This document shows, in pieces, positions 1-13,400 of a stretch of DNA of 64,000 bases. The notes beneath the pieces are model-generated. The model did not search any database, had not been told where the DNA came from, and saw nothing but the letters and a program-made list of their open reading frames with translations. A program made the translations under genes and the position numbers. The stretch spans positions 684,438 to 748,437 of the forward strand of contig NW_004797465.1 of assembly GCF_000002075.1 (NCBI RefSeq). The letters are read 5' to 3'. The DNA comes from Aplysia californica (lineage: Eukaryota). Numbering within the stretch: the first letter of the stretch is position 1; each line of letters opens with the position of its first letter.

Positions 1-321
1 TGTGTGTGTGTGTCTATGTATTATTTCTTTCAATAGTATTGTTCTCAATGTATGTATTTCTCTAATGTATTGTACCAATCTATGCATTTGGCGAGCCATA
101 TGTTATAATTTGCGAATGTATGGACAAACAGCCTTTAAAATCAATAAAATCAACTAATCTTTATTTTTAAAAAATTCTACATAAGAGGATAAGAGGATGG
201 CCGGCGTGTGCTAACAGATTGCTGGTGTTTGGTGAATATGTCTTGTCATCATTGTGGAAATACAGTGGGAGGAACGTTTTCAAACTCTGCGGCTCTTCGA
301 TGAGCAAATCGCAGTACTCAC

Positions 322-431
322 CCTTGAAGATCCTTTTGTTCTTGTATTTTTTGGACAGTTTGAATGGTTTATTCAATGTCAGAAGTTTTCCTCCAATCTT
401 TGCACATTTCTTTGAAGCACCAATAAAGTTC
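322..431 (-). CDS. C-type lectin domain exon 2: (E)NFIGASKKCAKIGGKLLTLNKPFKLSKKYKNKRIFK
   Basis: Acceptor TTTTTCTTTTTGTTCCACAG|G, donor AAGG|GTGAGT; 110 bp, phase 2-1; F..A...C...GG.L motif of CTLD helix 1. Confidence 0.8.
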
Positions 432-1400
432 CTGTGGAACAAAAAGAAAATTAGTAAGATGGTCAACAGCTGGCACAATCAATGTCTCTCAGCTTTCGTC
501 TTGGTGTCATGTTGATGCGATGCTGAATTTTGCGCAAACGACGGCTTATATTGCCACCAAAGTGAGAACAGTTCGAGGCCATACGTCCGTTTATCACGTG
601 CACCAGAAATTTAACTGAGGAATTTATATGGTGTCGCACACAGGTCGAAAAAAACCCAGGAAATCTTGCTAAAATTCCCCGAGGATTTCCGTGCTGCACG
701 TGGCGGTTTTGCCACTTTAGGAAGCTTTTCTGTGCGCACTGGTTACCCATTAACACTTTCAGAGCATAACATTTTGAAACATTCCTTGTGGTCTTTTTTC
801 GGATATTTTTAAAGATAGGGCTGTCCTTCAAGGTGGTCCTTAACTTATGATGAAGTCTATAGTTAAGTGTGTAAAGCGAATAGAGCTTTCTGTAGAGTGG
901 GTATATGCGCTTTACAAATNNNNNNNNNNNNNNNNNNNNNNNNNNNNNNNNNNNNNNNNNNNNNNNNNNNNNNNNNNNNNNNNNNNNNNNNNNNNNNNNN
1001 NNNNNNNNNNNNNNNNNNNNNNNNNNNNNNNNNNNNNNNNNNNNNNNNNNNNNNNNNNNNNNNNNNNNNNNNNNNNNNNGCCTCTTCTTCTTCTTATTTT
1101 TCTTCTTCTTCTTCTTCCTCTTCTTCTTCTTCTTCTTCCTTTGCCCTAATGAATTACACATGTGCTATTCTTACTCTTTTCCTCCTCTCTCGATGAAGAG
1201 ACAGCGACCACCGTGGGCTTTGAAGGGTTTGCTGCACTTGGCAGAGTCATCTGTCGAGAGCAATGGACGTAGGGTTGATGTAAAAATAAGACACGGTAAC
1301 AATAATCTACCACACTGGTAGCATGGGAAGTGATGGACATTGCACACATATGATAAACAATCATACTATCAATTAGTCTGTCTGCCTTATCCCCTCACCC

Positions 1401-1457
<57 letters not shown>

Positions 1458-4400
1458 CTTGCTCACAAACACGAAAGCACACAGACCTGTATACTCAATC
1501 AAAATCGTAAGATCATTATGAGTAATTATCAAGATATTCAAAGAATTGCATATTAAGTAAAAGCTTGAAATATTGTAAAACTCAAAATCTTCTGCGTCAA
1601 ACGTCTCAAAACTACGTACTCTGAGCAGATCAAACGTTGTAATTCTGAGGTAGCGTTCTTGGATTGGTTGGAAAAAGGTTGTGTTTTGAATAATAAACTG
1701 GATCTCTCCTAGTTTGAATAATTGAAAGATGCAAATTTTGGGAAGTGGGGCAAAAGTCAGGATTCCTTTGTGGCTTGTCTTACCTGGCTCATTGGGAGAA
1801 GAACCGGGTTTTCCTGAAGAAAAAAAGAAACACACGTGGATTGCTTTCGAAAAAGTACAGATGTAAAAGTCCACTTCAAAATGCTGTCATGATCATCATT
1901 ATCATCATCATTGTCAACATCATTATCGTTATAATCTTCAACAACATCACAGTCATTATCATCGCAGTTGTCATATTCGTTGTCACCATCATCATCAGAA
2001 TAAAGATAGACTCGGGTTCATCAAAAGATAAAAGGGNNNNNNNNNNNNNNNNNNNNNNNNNNNNNNNNNNNNNNNNNNNNNNNNNNNNNNNNNNNNNNNN
2101 NNNNNNNNNNNNNNNNNNNNNNNNNNNNNNNNNNNNNNNNNNNNNNNNNNNNNNNNNNNNNNNNNNNNNNNNNNNNNNNNNTCCATTTACAGATCTGTTA
2201 ATTTATCTCTCGGTCTCTCCATATTTCCACCTATTCATATATTAACCAGTTTCTCTCTTTAAATTTTAATGCGTTGTTAGCTTTCTAATTATCTGCCCTT
2301 CTACACTGACAACAGACAGACAGGCAAGANNNNNNNNNNNNNNNNNNNNNNNNNNNNNNNNNNNNNNNNNNNNNNNNNNNNNNNNNNNNNNNNNNNNNNN
2401 NNNNNNNNNNNNNNNNNNNNNNNNNNNNNNNNNNNNNNNNNNNNNNNNNNNNNNNNNNNNNNNNNATCTGGCCATAAAAATTTGTTATACATATACATTA
2501 TACAAACTATTATGTTTCACATAGACACGTGCCCATTAATTTTTAAATTGTGATATCTTTAGGAACGAAATGCGCATTGAGCATTTTTTAAAATAGAAAA
2601 TAGAANNNNNNNNNNNNNNNNNNNNNNNNNNNNNNNNNNNNNNNNNNNNNNNNNNNNNNNNNNNNNNNNNNNNNNNNNNNNNNNNNNNNNNNNNNNNNNN
2701 NNNNNNNNNNNNNNNNNNNNNNNNNNNNNNNNNNNNNNNNNNNNNNNNNNNNNNNNAAAACTCAGAGACAGATGCAACAAAATGTGACCCATACACAGGG
2801 TAGAGCTTTACCTTTGTCATAGCAGACTTCGAATTCTCCTTTGCAACCACCAGATACCCAGACCATCGGCCCATCAAAACCGTACGTGGCATCAAACTGG
2901 CAGCGACGTCTTGCAGCACGGTCCTTGGGTTTCTTACTCTCCACGAGTTCCATCTTGGTGACACGGATAGCTCTATCGATGATTCTTGAGTTGAACTTGG
3001 AACCTTTGCTTTTCAGTTTCTTTTTCTTACACACATTATCAGTCTCTGAAGAAATAAAAATGAGAAAAATGGAGACGTAACATGTGAAACAATAAACCAT
3101 GTCAAACAGCTCTCCTCGCGATAAAATCGCTCACTTGTTCAATGTCAGTGAAGGAACAGTGTCGGGAAGATACTGTCAGCAGATGGTGACCCGCACGCAC
3201 GGAAGTAACGGGCTGGAAACGCGTGCGAGCAACAGCAACAGATGCGCTCAAGAAAAGACACTTGTTCAAAACTGACACAGGTGGTGAGAGAGCCGAGATG
3301 CTCACTCATAGTATGACAAATATACCGGGCTGATTTGTACACGGTGGACAATTTCAGCTGTATTGCAGTAGATCAATTGGTTTGCTTAACAATTAGTCGT
3401 GAGGGGGTGGGGCATGGGCGTGGGGATGGCGTTTTTAAAACAGAACATGAGTACCAAATTATTGTGGAAATGGGTAGCGAGAGAGATATTGGTGGGCACG
3501 CCATGTATTGCCATTGTTTTGCATTCAGACTATAAAGGAAACGTAACCAACCTTGGGCGATTTTTGTCAGGGTTGCATTTTGCAGCCACCAATTCTTTGG
3601 CCAGGCATTTGCTTTATTTTTGCATTTTGATGTAGTTTACATTATAATAATATTTAGGTTTGGAGGTTAAGATTTATAACTTTACCACCAAAATGCATAT
3701 TGATCTTCACGGCCAAAAATTATTGGTAGCATGGAGTCGTTTGAAACCAAATGCATTGCAGGATGTTGGTTTATTTCTAATTTCTAACGGTTTTTTTTCT
3801 TTTTTGGTTAGTTTCATCCTGCAGAGAAGCACAACTATTCTGGAGACATAAGAGCACCCATACCTATAAAAACCAGACCATTAGTTTTAATACGTGTTAC
3901 AAACGCTTCAACACATACCAAAGCGGTTTTTCAGTAAACTGCATTAATTTCCAGCGCTTAACAGAAACTGAAGAAAAGAAAGCAGTTATCATCATTCGTA
4001 TTTTACTCAACCTAATACAGTAAAAGAGTTGGCACAGAAAATTTTTTTTAGATCGGAAGGAAGAGTTACCATTGAAAGAATTAAAAGAAAAAAAAATTAG
4101 TCCAATTGTTTTTTCGTCTCGGTGTTTTTAGATTTACCCCTTTATTGGCAGATCCAACGGAATGACATTTCAAACGAACAGATAAAGGGTGTCCTTAACA
4201 GATAACAGGTTTTGGGATTTAGAGGGTTATTTTAAACTTTGGATATAAGCTCAAATGGTTTAGATCTGGATTGCATTCACCATAATGCGGAATAAACAGC
4301 CACTGAATATTTGGCGTAAAATTCTCGACAGGGTAGGGATCATAATCAATCTATAAAAACTGTCTCTGACATTTTTGTTTTTAAAAAGAAATTTAGTGAA

Positions 4401-7400
4401 AACAAACCTTTTTCTTTTGGCTTGTAGCAAACTTTGAATACTGCAAAGCAGTTGTTCTTCACCCAGGCCTTCTTTCCTTTAAAGCCAAAGGATTTATTCT
4501 TCTTGCACTTGCCCTTAGACTTTTCCTTCACCACCTTCATAGACTGGATTTTCTTGGCCTTTGAAAGTGTTTTCTGGTCTTTCTTTTTGTTTTTGCTTCG
4601 AAGTTGTAAATTTTGGCACTTATCTTCATCCTCATCTGAGAAAAAAGCGTATGTAAAAATGAATAGTGCTGGATACATCAACACATAACGTATATTCCTT
4701 TTAAAAGACTGGCCAACAGCTTTGATACTTATTACGACATTAAAATGTTAAACAAAACTTGCTCTTTTATGGTCAGGATTTAAACCACGTTTCTTGCCCT
4801 CAGCAGACCTAAAGACAAGAAAAGATTATCATCACACGTCATTTACACCCCCTTAGTGTTGTTCGAAACAACATTCATTGAACGATGTTGGTTTATTCAT
4901 TTTTTTCCTTCAATTTTTGGGTGGTTTTTATTCTGCAAAGAACTGCAAATTATGTTCTGAAGAGCGCATTTTGAAAAATACCTGAGAAGTGTTGGCATCG
5001 ACGAAAAAAAATGCTCCAAAAAATCATAACGCAATGTCAGGAATTACAAACGACAAAAATCATAGCCATTTTAACCAATAACTAAGGAGGCAAAAATTAA
5101 ACCTTTATCGCCAACAGTAACGTGAAAGAAAATTATAGGTAGAGAAAATGAGTCTAGACTTATTCGAAGAACAGAAGGAGGTAGTACTTAAGAACGACGA
5201 TATGTGTTACGACACAGTGGAATGAGGAACTCATCACATTTTGGATAAATGGTAAAATTAAGTACAATAAAGCTGATATTACAATATTATTGTTCTCAGG
5301 TTGGTATTTGAAATCCAGGGAGCAAAAGGGAAATAAATCAGGAATTTGTCTTTTTTATTTGAAACTTTGGATATGCATTCATATGGTTTAGTTATGGATT
5401 GATTCCAACACGATGCGGGGAAGAAAGCAAGTCACTGAATAACTCACAACATTCAATTAAACTAAAATAGTTAGAAGGATCGTTACAAGGGCTACATTTC
5501 TTTCTACACAGACTTAAGTTAAAACAAACCTTCATTGGGTTTTGGCTTGTAGCAAACTTTGAATACTGCACGGCAGTTGTTCTTCACCCAGACCTTCCTT
5601 CCTTTATAGCCAAAGGATTTATTCTTCTTGCATTTGCCCTTTGACAGTTCTTTCTTCATCTTCATTGACATGATTTTCTTGGCCTTTGAAAGAGTTTTCT
5701 GGTTTTTCTTTTTGTTTTTGCTTTCAAGTTGCAACGTTTTGCAATTATCTTCATTATCTTCTGAGAAAAAAAAAGTATAACAAATTATTAGTCCTCGATA
5801 CATCAGTACATAACGTACACATCCATTAAAAATCTGGCCAATAGATTTTCTATGTGCAACGACAGTTTGAAGTAAAACAAAGTGTTTCTTTTTCGGTCAA
5901 AGTGTAAATCACATTTCTAGCCCTTTAAAATACTAAAGATAAGATAGGAGTTATCATATATTATTCAACCTTATACTTGAGAAGAGTTGACATTGAAAAC
6001 AAAAATGTTTCTAAAAGATAGAAATAAACATCACCAATTATATGAGACAAAAATAATTTTTTAACCTTTTTTAAAACGGAGGTATTTATACGCCGCCATC
6101 AAAACAGTTTAGAAAGCTGGCTTTTAACCTAGCTGAGGGGTATACAATATCCCAGGAGTACGACCTGACTAAGAATTTTCTTCCCCTTTTAGTAATCAAA
6201 CTCAGGTCGCCAGCGTACAGCGGCAAAGCGCCTAAATGACATTCCACAGACACGGGTCAAAAATCATTGCCACAGTAATTACTAACTCGACAAAACCCGA
6301 ACCTTTCATGGCAACATTTTATACTTTTAAATGTTGGTGATCGACACGATATTTTGTTTAGATTATTTGGGAGGCGGGCTTCAATCCTGCCTACCAAGGC
6401 CAACTGGGATGGAGAGGGATACAACAGAAAGCAGAAAGACCGAATATACTCGATAAAAAATTCGCCCCAGTCGGGAATCAAAGTCATGACTCCTGCGTGC
6501 GACAGCGGTACGCCTTATCGCTACATCACGGCCCGGACACCAATATGATATAAGGCATTAACCATAGAGAGGCCTAGAAAGAAAGCAATTGTAAGGTGTG
6601 TTTAAATAACGGTTGGGGCGGGGTGAGTGCCCTTTAGAATTACACAGAATATCATTATATTATATTTTTGTACATTTTTTTTCTAAACAGAAAATAATAG
6701 GAGTATTAAATGCAGGAAGCAAAAGAAAACAGGTTTAGGGATTAGAATACGCACTAAAAATGTTTAGATTTGGGTTACAGCCGTCACAACACGGAGACAT
6801 AGGCAAATCATTGAATAACTGGGACACAATGTTATGACCGTGCAAACGAGATGAACAAACTGTAAGGATTGTCTCTGATAGGTGAGCCTTATTTTGTTTT
6901 TTGCTAAGACTCAAGTAAAAACAAACCTTTATCGCCTTTTGGCTTGTAGCAAACTTTGAATACTGCTCTGCAGTTGTTCTTCACCCAGGCCTTCCTTCCT
7001 TTATAGCCAAAGGATTTATTCTTCTTGCACTTGCCCTTTGACAATTCTTTCTTCATCTTCATAGACTTAATTTTCTTGGCCTCTGAAAGAGTTTTCTGGT
7101 CTTTCTTTTTGTTTTTGCTTTGGAGTTGTAAAGTTTTGCATTTTCCTTTACTCTCATCTGAGAAAGAAAACAGACAAAATAAATGTACCGGAGACATAAG
7201 CACATTACGCACACACCTAAGTAAAGGCTGGCCAATACTTTTGATCCGTTCTACAAGAGTTAAGATGAAACAAAGTATGTTTTTTTACTGTCAAACGCAA
7301 ACCACATTTTCGGCCCTCTAAAGACAGGAAGACAAAAATGGATTTGCCACCATGCATATTTTACTTAATCAAGTACTTGAGAAGAGTTGGCATCGTTGTA

Positions 7401-10400
7401 TTTGCACGAGTTTTACGCCGCTCGCAACTGCATAATGGCATTATATGAGCGCGCGAAACACAAGTTGGTTGCATTGACAACAGTTCACTGCAGGGCTGGG
7501 CTCGGGTCAATAATCAAATTTTAAAATGTTAGAATATAAAAATTTGGTGTAAATATATTTCAAACTTTAAACAACTTTTTAAAATAACATAAACATTTTA
7601 AACAATTTTATTTCATTTTACAATTTCCCATAACGGCCTTAATAAAATCCAGAACTCTGCTGGGATCAACGACGGAAAACAGACTTTCCAATTTTTTGCA
7701 TTTAAAATATTTCCTTCGGGTCTCTCCGAAGTCTAGACATTCGGTTAAAATGTGTCTAATGGTAAACTCTGTGCATCCGACACATAACGGCTTCTCATCT
7801 CTCTGAGGGAGGTATTTATGAGTTAGGGCCGTGTGTCCGATGCGTAATCGAGTAAAAATGACTTCGTCTCTTCTGGAGAGGCCCGAAGGATCTTGCGGTC
7901 CCAGCTTGGGCTTCATGTTGTAAAGTTTATTGTTTGTTCGTTTTTTCCAATGGGAATTGGCATCGAGGAAAACATGTTTCCAAAATGGGAAAGCAATGTC
8001 ATTGTTGCAAACAGTAGCAATTATGGCCTTTGTAACAAATCAGTAACTCGGCAAAGAGGAAACCCTTAATGTCAACTACTGGACAACTATCAAAGAGAGG
8101 CACATAAAGAAAACTATTATATAACGTATAAAAAGACCAGATGGAATCTGTCCGTAAAGAAGACAATATAATTTAAATTTTCTCTATTTTTCGAATCCAA
8201 AAAATAAGTATGTGAAAAGCAGAGAGTAAAAGGGAACAGGTTCAGGGACTTTTATTTTACTATAAACTTCGGCTTTGTACTCAAATGGTTTAGATCTGGA
8301 TTGCAACCCCCACAATTCATAGAAGAAAGTAAGTCAAATGAAAAGTGGCGCAAAATTTATGACAGTGCAGACGAGATGAACAAGCTATAATTAATATTGT
8401 CTAGGGTAGGTGAGCTGCATGTCTATTCACAAAGAATCATGTGAGAACAAACCTTCATCGGCGTTTGGCCCGAAACAAACTTTGAATACTGCATGACAGT
8501 TGTTCTTCACCCAGGCCTTCCTTCCTTTATAGCCAAAGGATTCACCTTTCTTGCATTTGCCTTTAGACAATTTTTCGATCATCTTCATAGACTTGATTTT
8601 CTTGGTCTTTGAAAGAGTTTTCTTGTCTTTCTTTTTGTTTTTGCTTTTGAGTGTTACAGTTTTGCAATTATCTTCATCCTCACCTGAGAAAACAACACAG
8701 GTAAATGTACTGAAGACATCAGCCCATAACATTGATAACCTGCCCAATACTTTTGATATAGACACGTGTTACAAGAGTTAGAGTAAAGCTTTTTTGTTGC
8801 CGCAAAGGTTTAAACCACATTTCAAGCGGTCTAAAAAAAGAAAAGTTTCGATATAAAAAAGCTATCATGTTGCGTATTTTACTCAATTTTTTACTTTAAA
8901 AGGCGCTGGAAGGATTGACTCGGATGTGTCTATTAAAAACGCAAGAGTATGTTTTTTTTTTCATGATCAAGACAAAATCATTGAATCTAAATATATTATT
9001 TTGCACTGTAGACGCAAGTGGTTTTAACTTCATTTAAATATTTTAAATTGAATTCTTATGAAGATTTACAGTCGAAAAAAAAATATTTTGAAAAACAAAA
9101 TCTGAAGGCAGTGGCACCAACCACCGAAATGTACCACTACTATTTCCAAAGGAGACAATGCCTCAATAGTCAAACGTTAAAACAATAGTAATTTAAGGAG
9201 AGGCGATAGTAAAGAGAGTTTAAGATTGATAAAGAGTGTACAAAGAGAGTATTGAAAGAAAAGCTGAAAGTTGCCCTTATTGAAGAAAGATTATTTATTT
9301 AAGGATTTATTTCCGACCTAAAAATCTACGTAAAATACGGTGAGCCATAAAAAAAACAAGGAAGAAAGTAATTTAATAAAATAAAATAGTTCTGGTGCAA
9401 AATTCAGGAGATAGCACAAAAGACTTAGATGCTGGAAGGAATGATTCTGATAGATTATTTTGCATAATAGATCTAGAAAAAGGTGGTTTTAACATCATTT
9501 GCATTTTGTAAACCGAATCCTTTTGAAGATTTACAATCGAAAAAAAAATATTTCTGAAACAAAATCTGAAGGCAGTAGCACCAATTACCGAAAGTACCCC
9601 TACTATTTCCAAAGAAGACAAAGGCTCAATGGTCAAACGCAAAAACAACCGTGTTTTAAGGAGAGGCGATAGTAAATAGAGTTTCCGAATCCATAGGAAG
9701 ATTTACATTCGAAAAATATATATTTCCAAAACAAAATCTGAAGGCAGTGGCACCTACCACTGAGAAGTACCGCTACTATTTCCAAAACAGACAATGCCTC
9801 ACTGGTCAAACGTAAAGACAATCGTGGTTTTAGGAGAGATGATAGTAAAGAGAGTTTAAGATTGATAAAGAGTGTACAATGTATTGAAAGAAAAGCTGGA
9901 AGTTGGCCTTACTAAAGACAGATTATTTATTTAAGGATTTTTTTTCCGACCTAAAAATCTACGTAAAATGCGGTGAGGCGTGAAAAAATAAGGAAGAAAG
10001 TACTTCATAAAAATAGAGTTCTTCTGGTGCAAAATTCACGAGATAGCATAAAAGATTTAGAAGTTGGAAGAAATGATTCTAATAGATTAGTAGCTGCATC
10101 GTTTTCCAAGAATTTAAAAACAACAACACCCCAACAAACCTTTATCGCCTTTTGGCTTGTAGCAAACTTTGAATACTGCACGGCAGTTATTCTTCACCCA
10201 GGCCTTCTTTCCTTTAAAGCCAAAGGATTTGTTCTTCTTGCACTTGCCCTTTGACTTTTCTTCTTTCATCTTCATAGACTTGATTTTCTTGGCCTTTGAA
10301 AGAGTCTTCTGATCTTTCTTTTTGTTTTTGCTTTCAAGTGTTATAGATTTGCATTTCTCTTTACCGCCCTCGTTGTCATCGTCGTCGTCTGAAGAAATAT

Positions 10401-13400
10401 CGAGAAAAAATATACTGGAGACATCGGCACCTAACAAAAATACCCTTTTAAAAGTTGACCAACTATTTTGGCTTTTGTATGAAGTACGCAAGAGTATGGT
10501 TTTTTTACGATCAAGACAAAATCGATATTTCATAGAATCTAAATAGATTATTGTGCACTATACATCTAGACAAAAGTGGTTTTAACATCATTTGCATGTT
10601 GTAAACCGAATCCTTTTGAAGATTTACAATCGAAAAAAATATATTTCTGAAACAAAATCTGAAGACAGTGGCACCAATTACCGAAAGTACCCCTACTATT
10701 TCCAAAGAAGACAAAGGCTCAATGGTCAAACGAAAAAACAACCGTGCTTTAAGGAGATGCGATAGTAAATAGAGTTTCCGAATCCTTAGGAAGATTTACA
10801 ATCGAAAAATATATATTTCCAAAACAAAATCTGAAGGCAGTGGCACCTACCACTGAGAAGTACCGCTACTATTTCCAAAATAGACAATGCCTCACTGGTC
10901 AAACGTAAAGACAATCGTGGTTTTAGGAGAGACGATAGTAAAGAGAGTTTAAGATTGATAAAGAGTGTACAATGTATTGAAAGAAAAGCTGGAAGTTGGC
11001 CTTACTGAAGACAGATTATTGATTTAAGAATTTATTTTCCGAGCTAAAAATCTACGCAAAATGCGGTGAGGCCTGAGAAAACAAGGAAAAAAGTACTTCA
11101 TAAAAATAGAGTTCTTCTGGAGCAAAATTCACGAGATAGCATAAAAGATGTAGAAGTTGGAAGAAATGATTCTGATAGATTAGTAGCTGCATCGTTTTCC
11201 AAGAATTTAAAAACAACAACACCCCAACAAACCTTTATCGCCTTTTGGCTTGTAGCAAACTTTGAATACTGCACGGCAGTTATTCTTCACCCAGGCCTTC
11301 TTTCCTTTAAAGCCAAAGGATTTGTTCTTCTTGCACTTGCCCTTTGACTTTTCTTCTTTCATCTTCATAGACTTGATTTTCTTGGCCTTTGAAAGAGTCT
11401 TCTGATCTTTCTTTTTGTTTTTGCTTTCAAGTGTTATAGATTTGCATTTCTCTTTACCGCCCTCGTCGTCGTCGTCGTCGTCGTCTGAAGAAATATCGAG
11501 AAAAATTATACTGGAGACATCGGCACCTAACAGAAAAACCCTATTAAAAGTTGACCAACTATTTTGGCTTTTGTATGAAGTACGCAAAAGTATGTTTTTT
11601 TTACGATCAAGACAAAATCGATATTTCATAGAATCTAAATAGATTATTGTGCACTATAGATCTAGACAAAAGTGGTTTTAACATAATTTGCATGTTGTAA
11701 ACCGAATCCTTTTGAAGATTTACAATCGAAAAAAAATAATTTCCAAAACAAAATCTGAAGGCAGTGGCACCTACCACTGAGAAGTACCGCTACTATTTCC
11801 AAAATAGACAATGCCTCACTGGTCAAACGTAAAGACAATCGTGGTTTTAGGAGAGACGATAGTAAAGAGAGTTTAAGATTGATAAAGAGTGTACAATGTA
11901 TTGAAAGAAAAGCTGGAAGTTGGCCTTACTGAAGACAGATTATTGATTTAAGAATTTATTTTCCGAGCTAAAAATCTACGCAAAATGCGGTGAGGCCTGA
12001 GAAAACAAGGAAAAAAGTACTTCATAAAAATAGAGTTCTTCTGGAGCAAAATTCACGAGATAGCATAAAAGATGTAGAAGTTGGAAGAAATGATTCTGAT
12101 AGATTAGTAGCTGCATCGTTTTCCAAGAATTTAAAAACAACAACACCCCAACAAACCTTTATCGCCTTTTGGCTTGTAGCAAACTTTGAATACTGCACGG
12201 CAGTTATTCTTCACCCAGGCCTTCTTTCCTTTAAAGCCAAAGGATTTGTTCTTCTTGCACTTGCCCTTTGACTTTTCTTCTTTCATCTTCATAGACTTGA
12301 TTTTCTTGGCCTTTGAAAGAGTCTTCTGATCTTTCTTTTTGTTTTTGCTTTCAAGTGTTATAGATTTGCATTTCTCTTTACCGCCCTCGTCGTCGTCGTC
12401 GTCGTCGTCGTCTGAAGAAATATCGAGAAAAATTATACTGGAGACATCGGCACCTAACAGAAAAACCCTTTTAAAAGTTGACCAACTATTTTGGCTTTTG
12501 TATGAAGTACGCAAAAGTATGGTTTTTTTACGATCAAGACAAAATCGATATTTCATAGAATCTAAATAGATTATTGTGCACTATAGATCTAGACAAAAGT
12601 GGTTTTAACATCATTTGCATGTTGTAAACCGAATCCTTTTGAAGATTTACAATCGAAAAAAAAATATTTCTGAAACAAAATCTGAAGGCAGTGGCACCAA
12701 TTACCGAAAGTACCCCTACTATTTCCAGAGAAGACAAAGGCTCAATGGTCAAACGAAAAAACAACCGTAATTTAAGGAGATGCGATAGTAAATAGAGTTT
12801 CCGAATCCTTAGGAAGATTTACAATCGAAAAATATATATTTCCAAAACAAAATCTGAAGGCAGTGGCACCTACCACTGAGAAGTACCGCTACTATTTCCA
12901 AAATAGACAATGCCTCACTGGTCAAACGTAAAGACAATCGTGGTTTTAGGAGAGACGATAGTAAAGAGAGTTTAAGATTGATAAAGAGTGTACAATGTAT
13001 TGAAAGAAAAGCTGGAAGTTGGCCTTACTGAAGACAGATTATTGATTTAAGAATTTATTTTCCGAGCTAAAAATCTACGCAAAATGCGGTGAGGCCTGAG
13101 AAAACAAGGAAAAAAGTACTTCATAAAAATAGAGTTCTTCTGGAGCAAAATTCACGAGATAGCATAAAAGATGTAGAAGTTGGAAGAAATGATTCTGATA
13201 GATTAGTAGCTGCATCGTTTTCCAAGAATTTAAAAACAACAACACCCCAACAAACCTTTATCGCCTTTTGGCTTGTAGCAAACTTTGAATACTGCACGGC
13301 AGTTATTCTTCACCCAGGCCTTCTTTCCTTTAAAGCCAAAGGATTTGTTCTTCTTGCACTTGCCCTTTGACTTTTCTTCTTTCATCTTCATAGACTTGAT

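Noticed and set aside
160-478. ORF 167-478 as a terminal exon with AATAAA at 160-165
   Set aside because: A consensus G|GTGAGT donor lies at 322/321 and lectin similarity ends there; an intron-retention isoform cannot be excluded but has no support
463-1161. 232-aa ORF with poly-Lys start
   Set aside because: Translation of a (CTT)n microsatellite plus an N gap
1745-2245. Hydrophobic poly-Ile ORF resembling a membrane protein
   Set aside because: Produced by a degenerate (ATC)n repeat and Ns
3100-3660. Slightly GC-richer intronic stretch with short ORFs, possible extra exon
   Set aside because: No convincing acceptor/donor pair in a compatible phase and no recognisable motif
6455-6538. Functional tRNA gene
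   Set aside because: A/B boxes are degenerate and no clean cloverleaf is evident; treated as a SINE-like head
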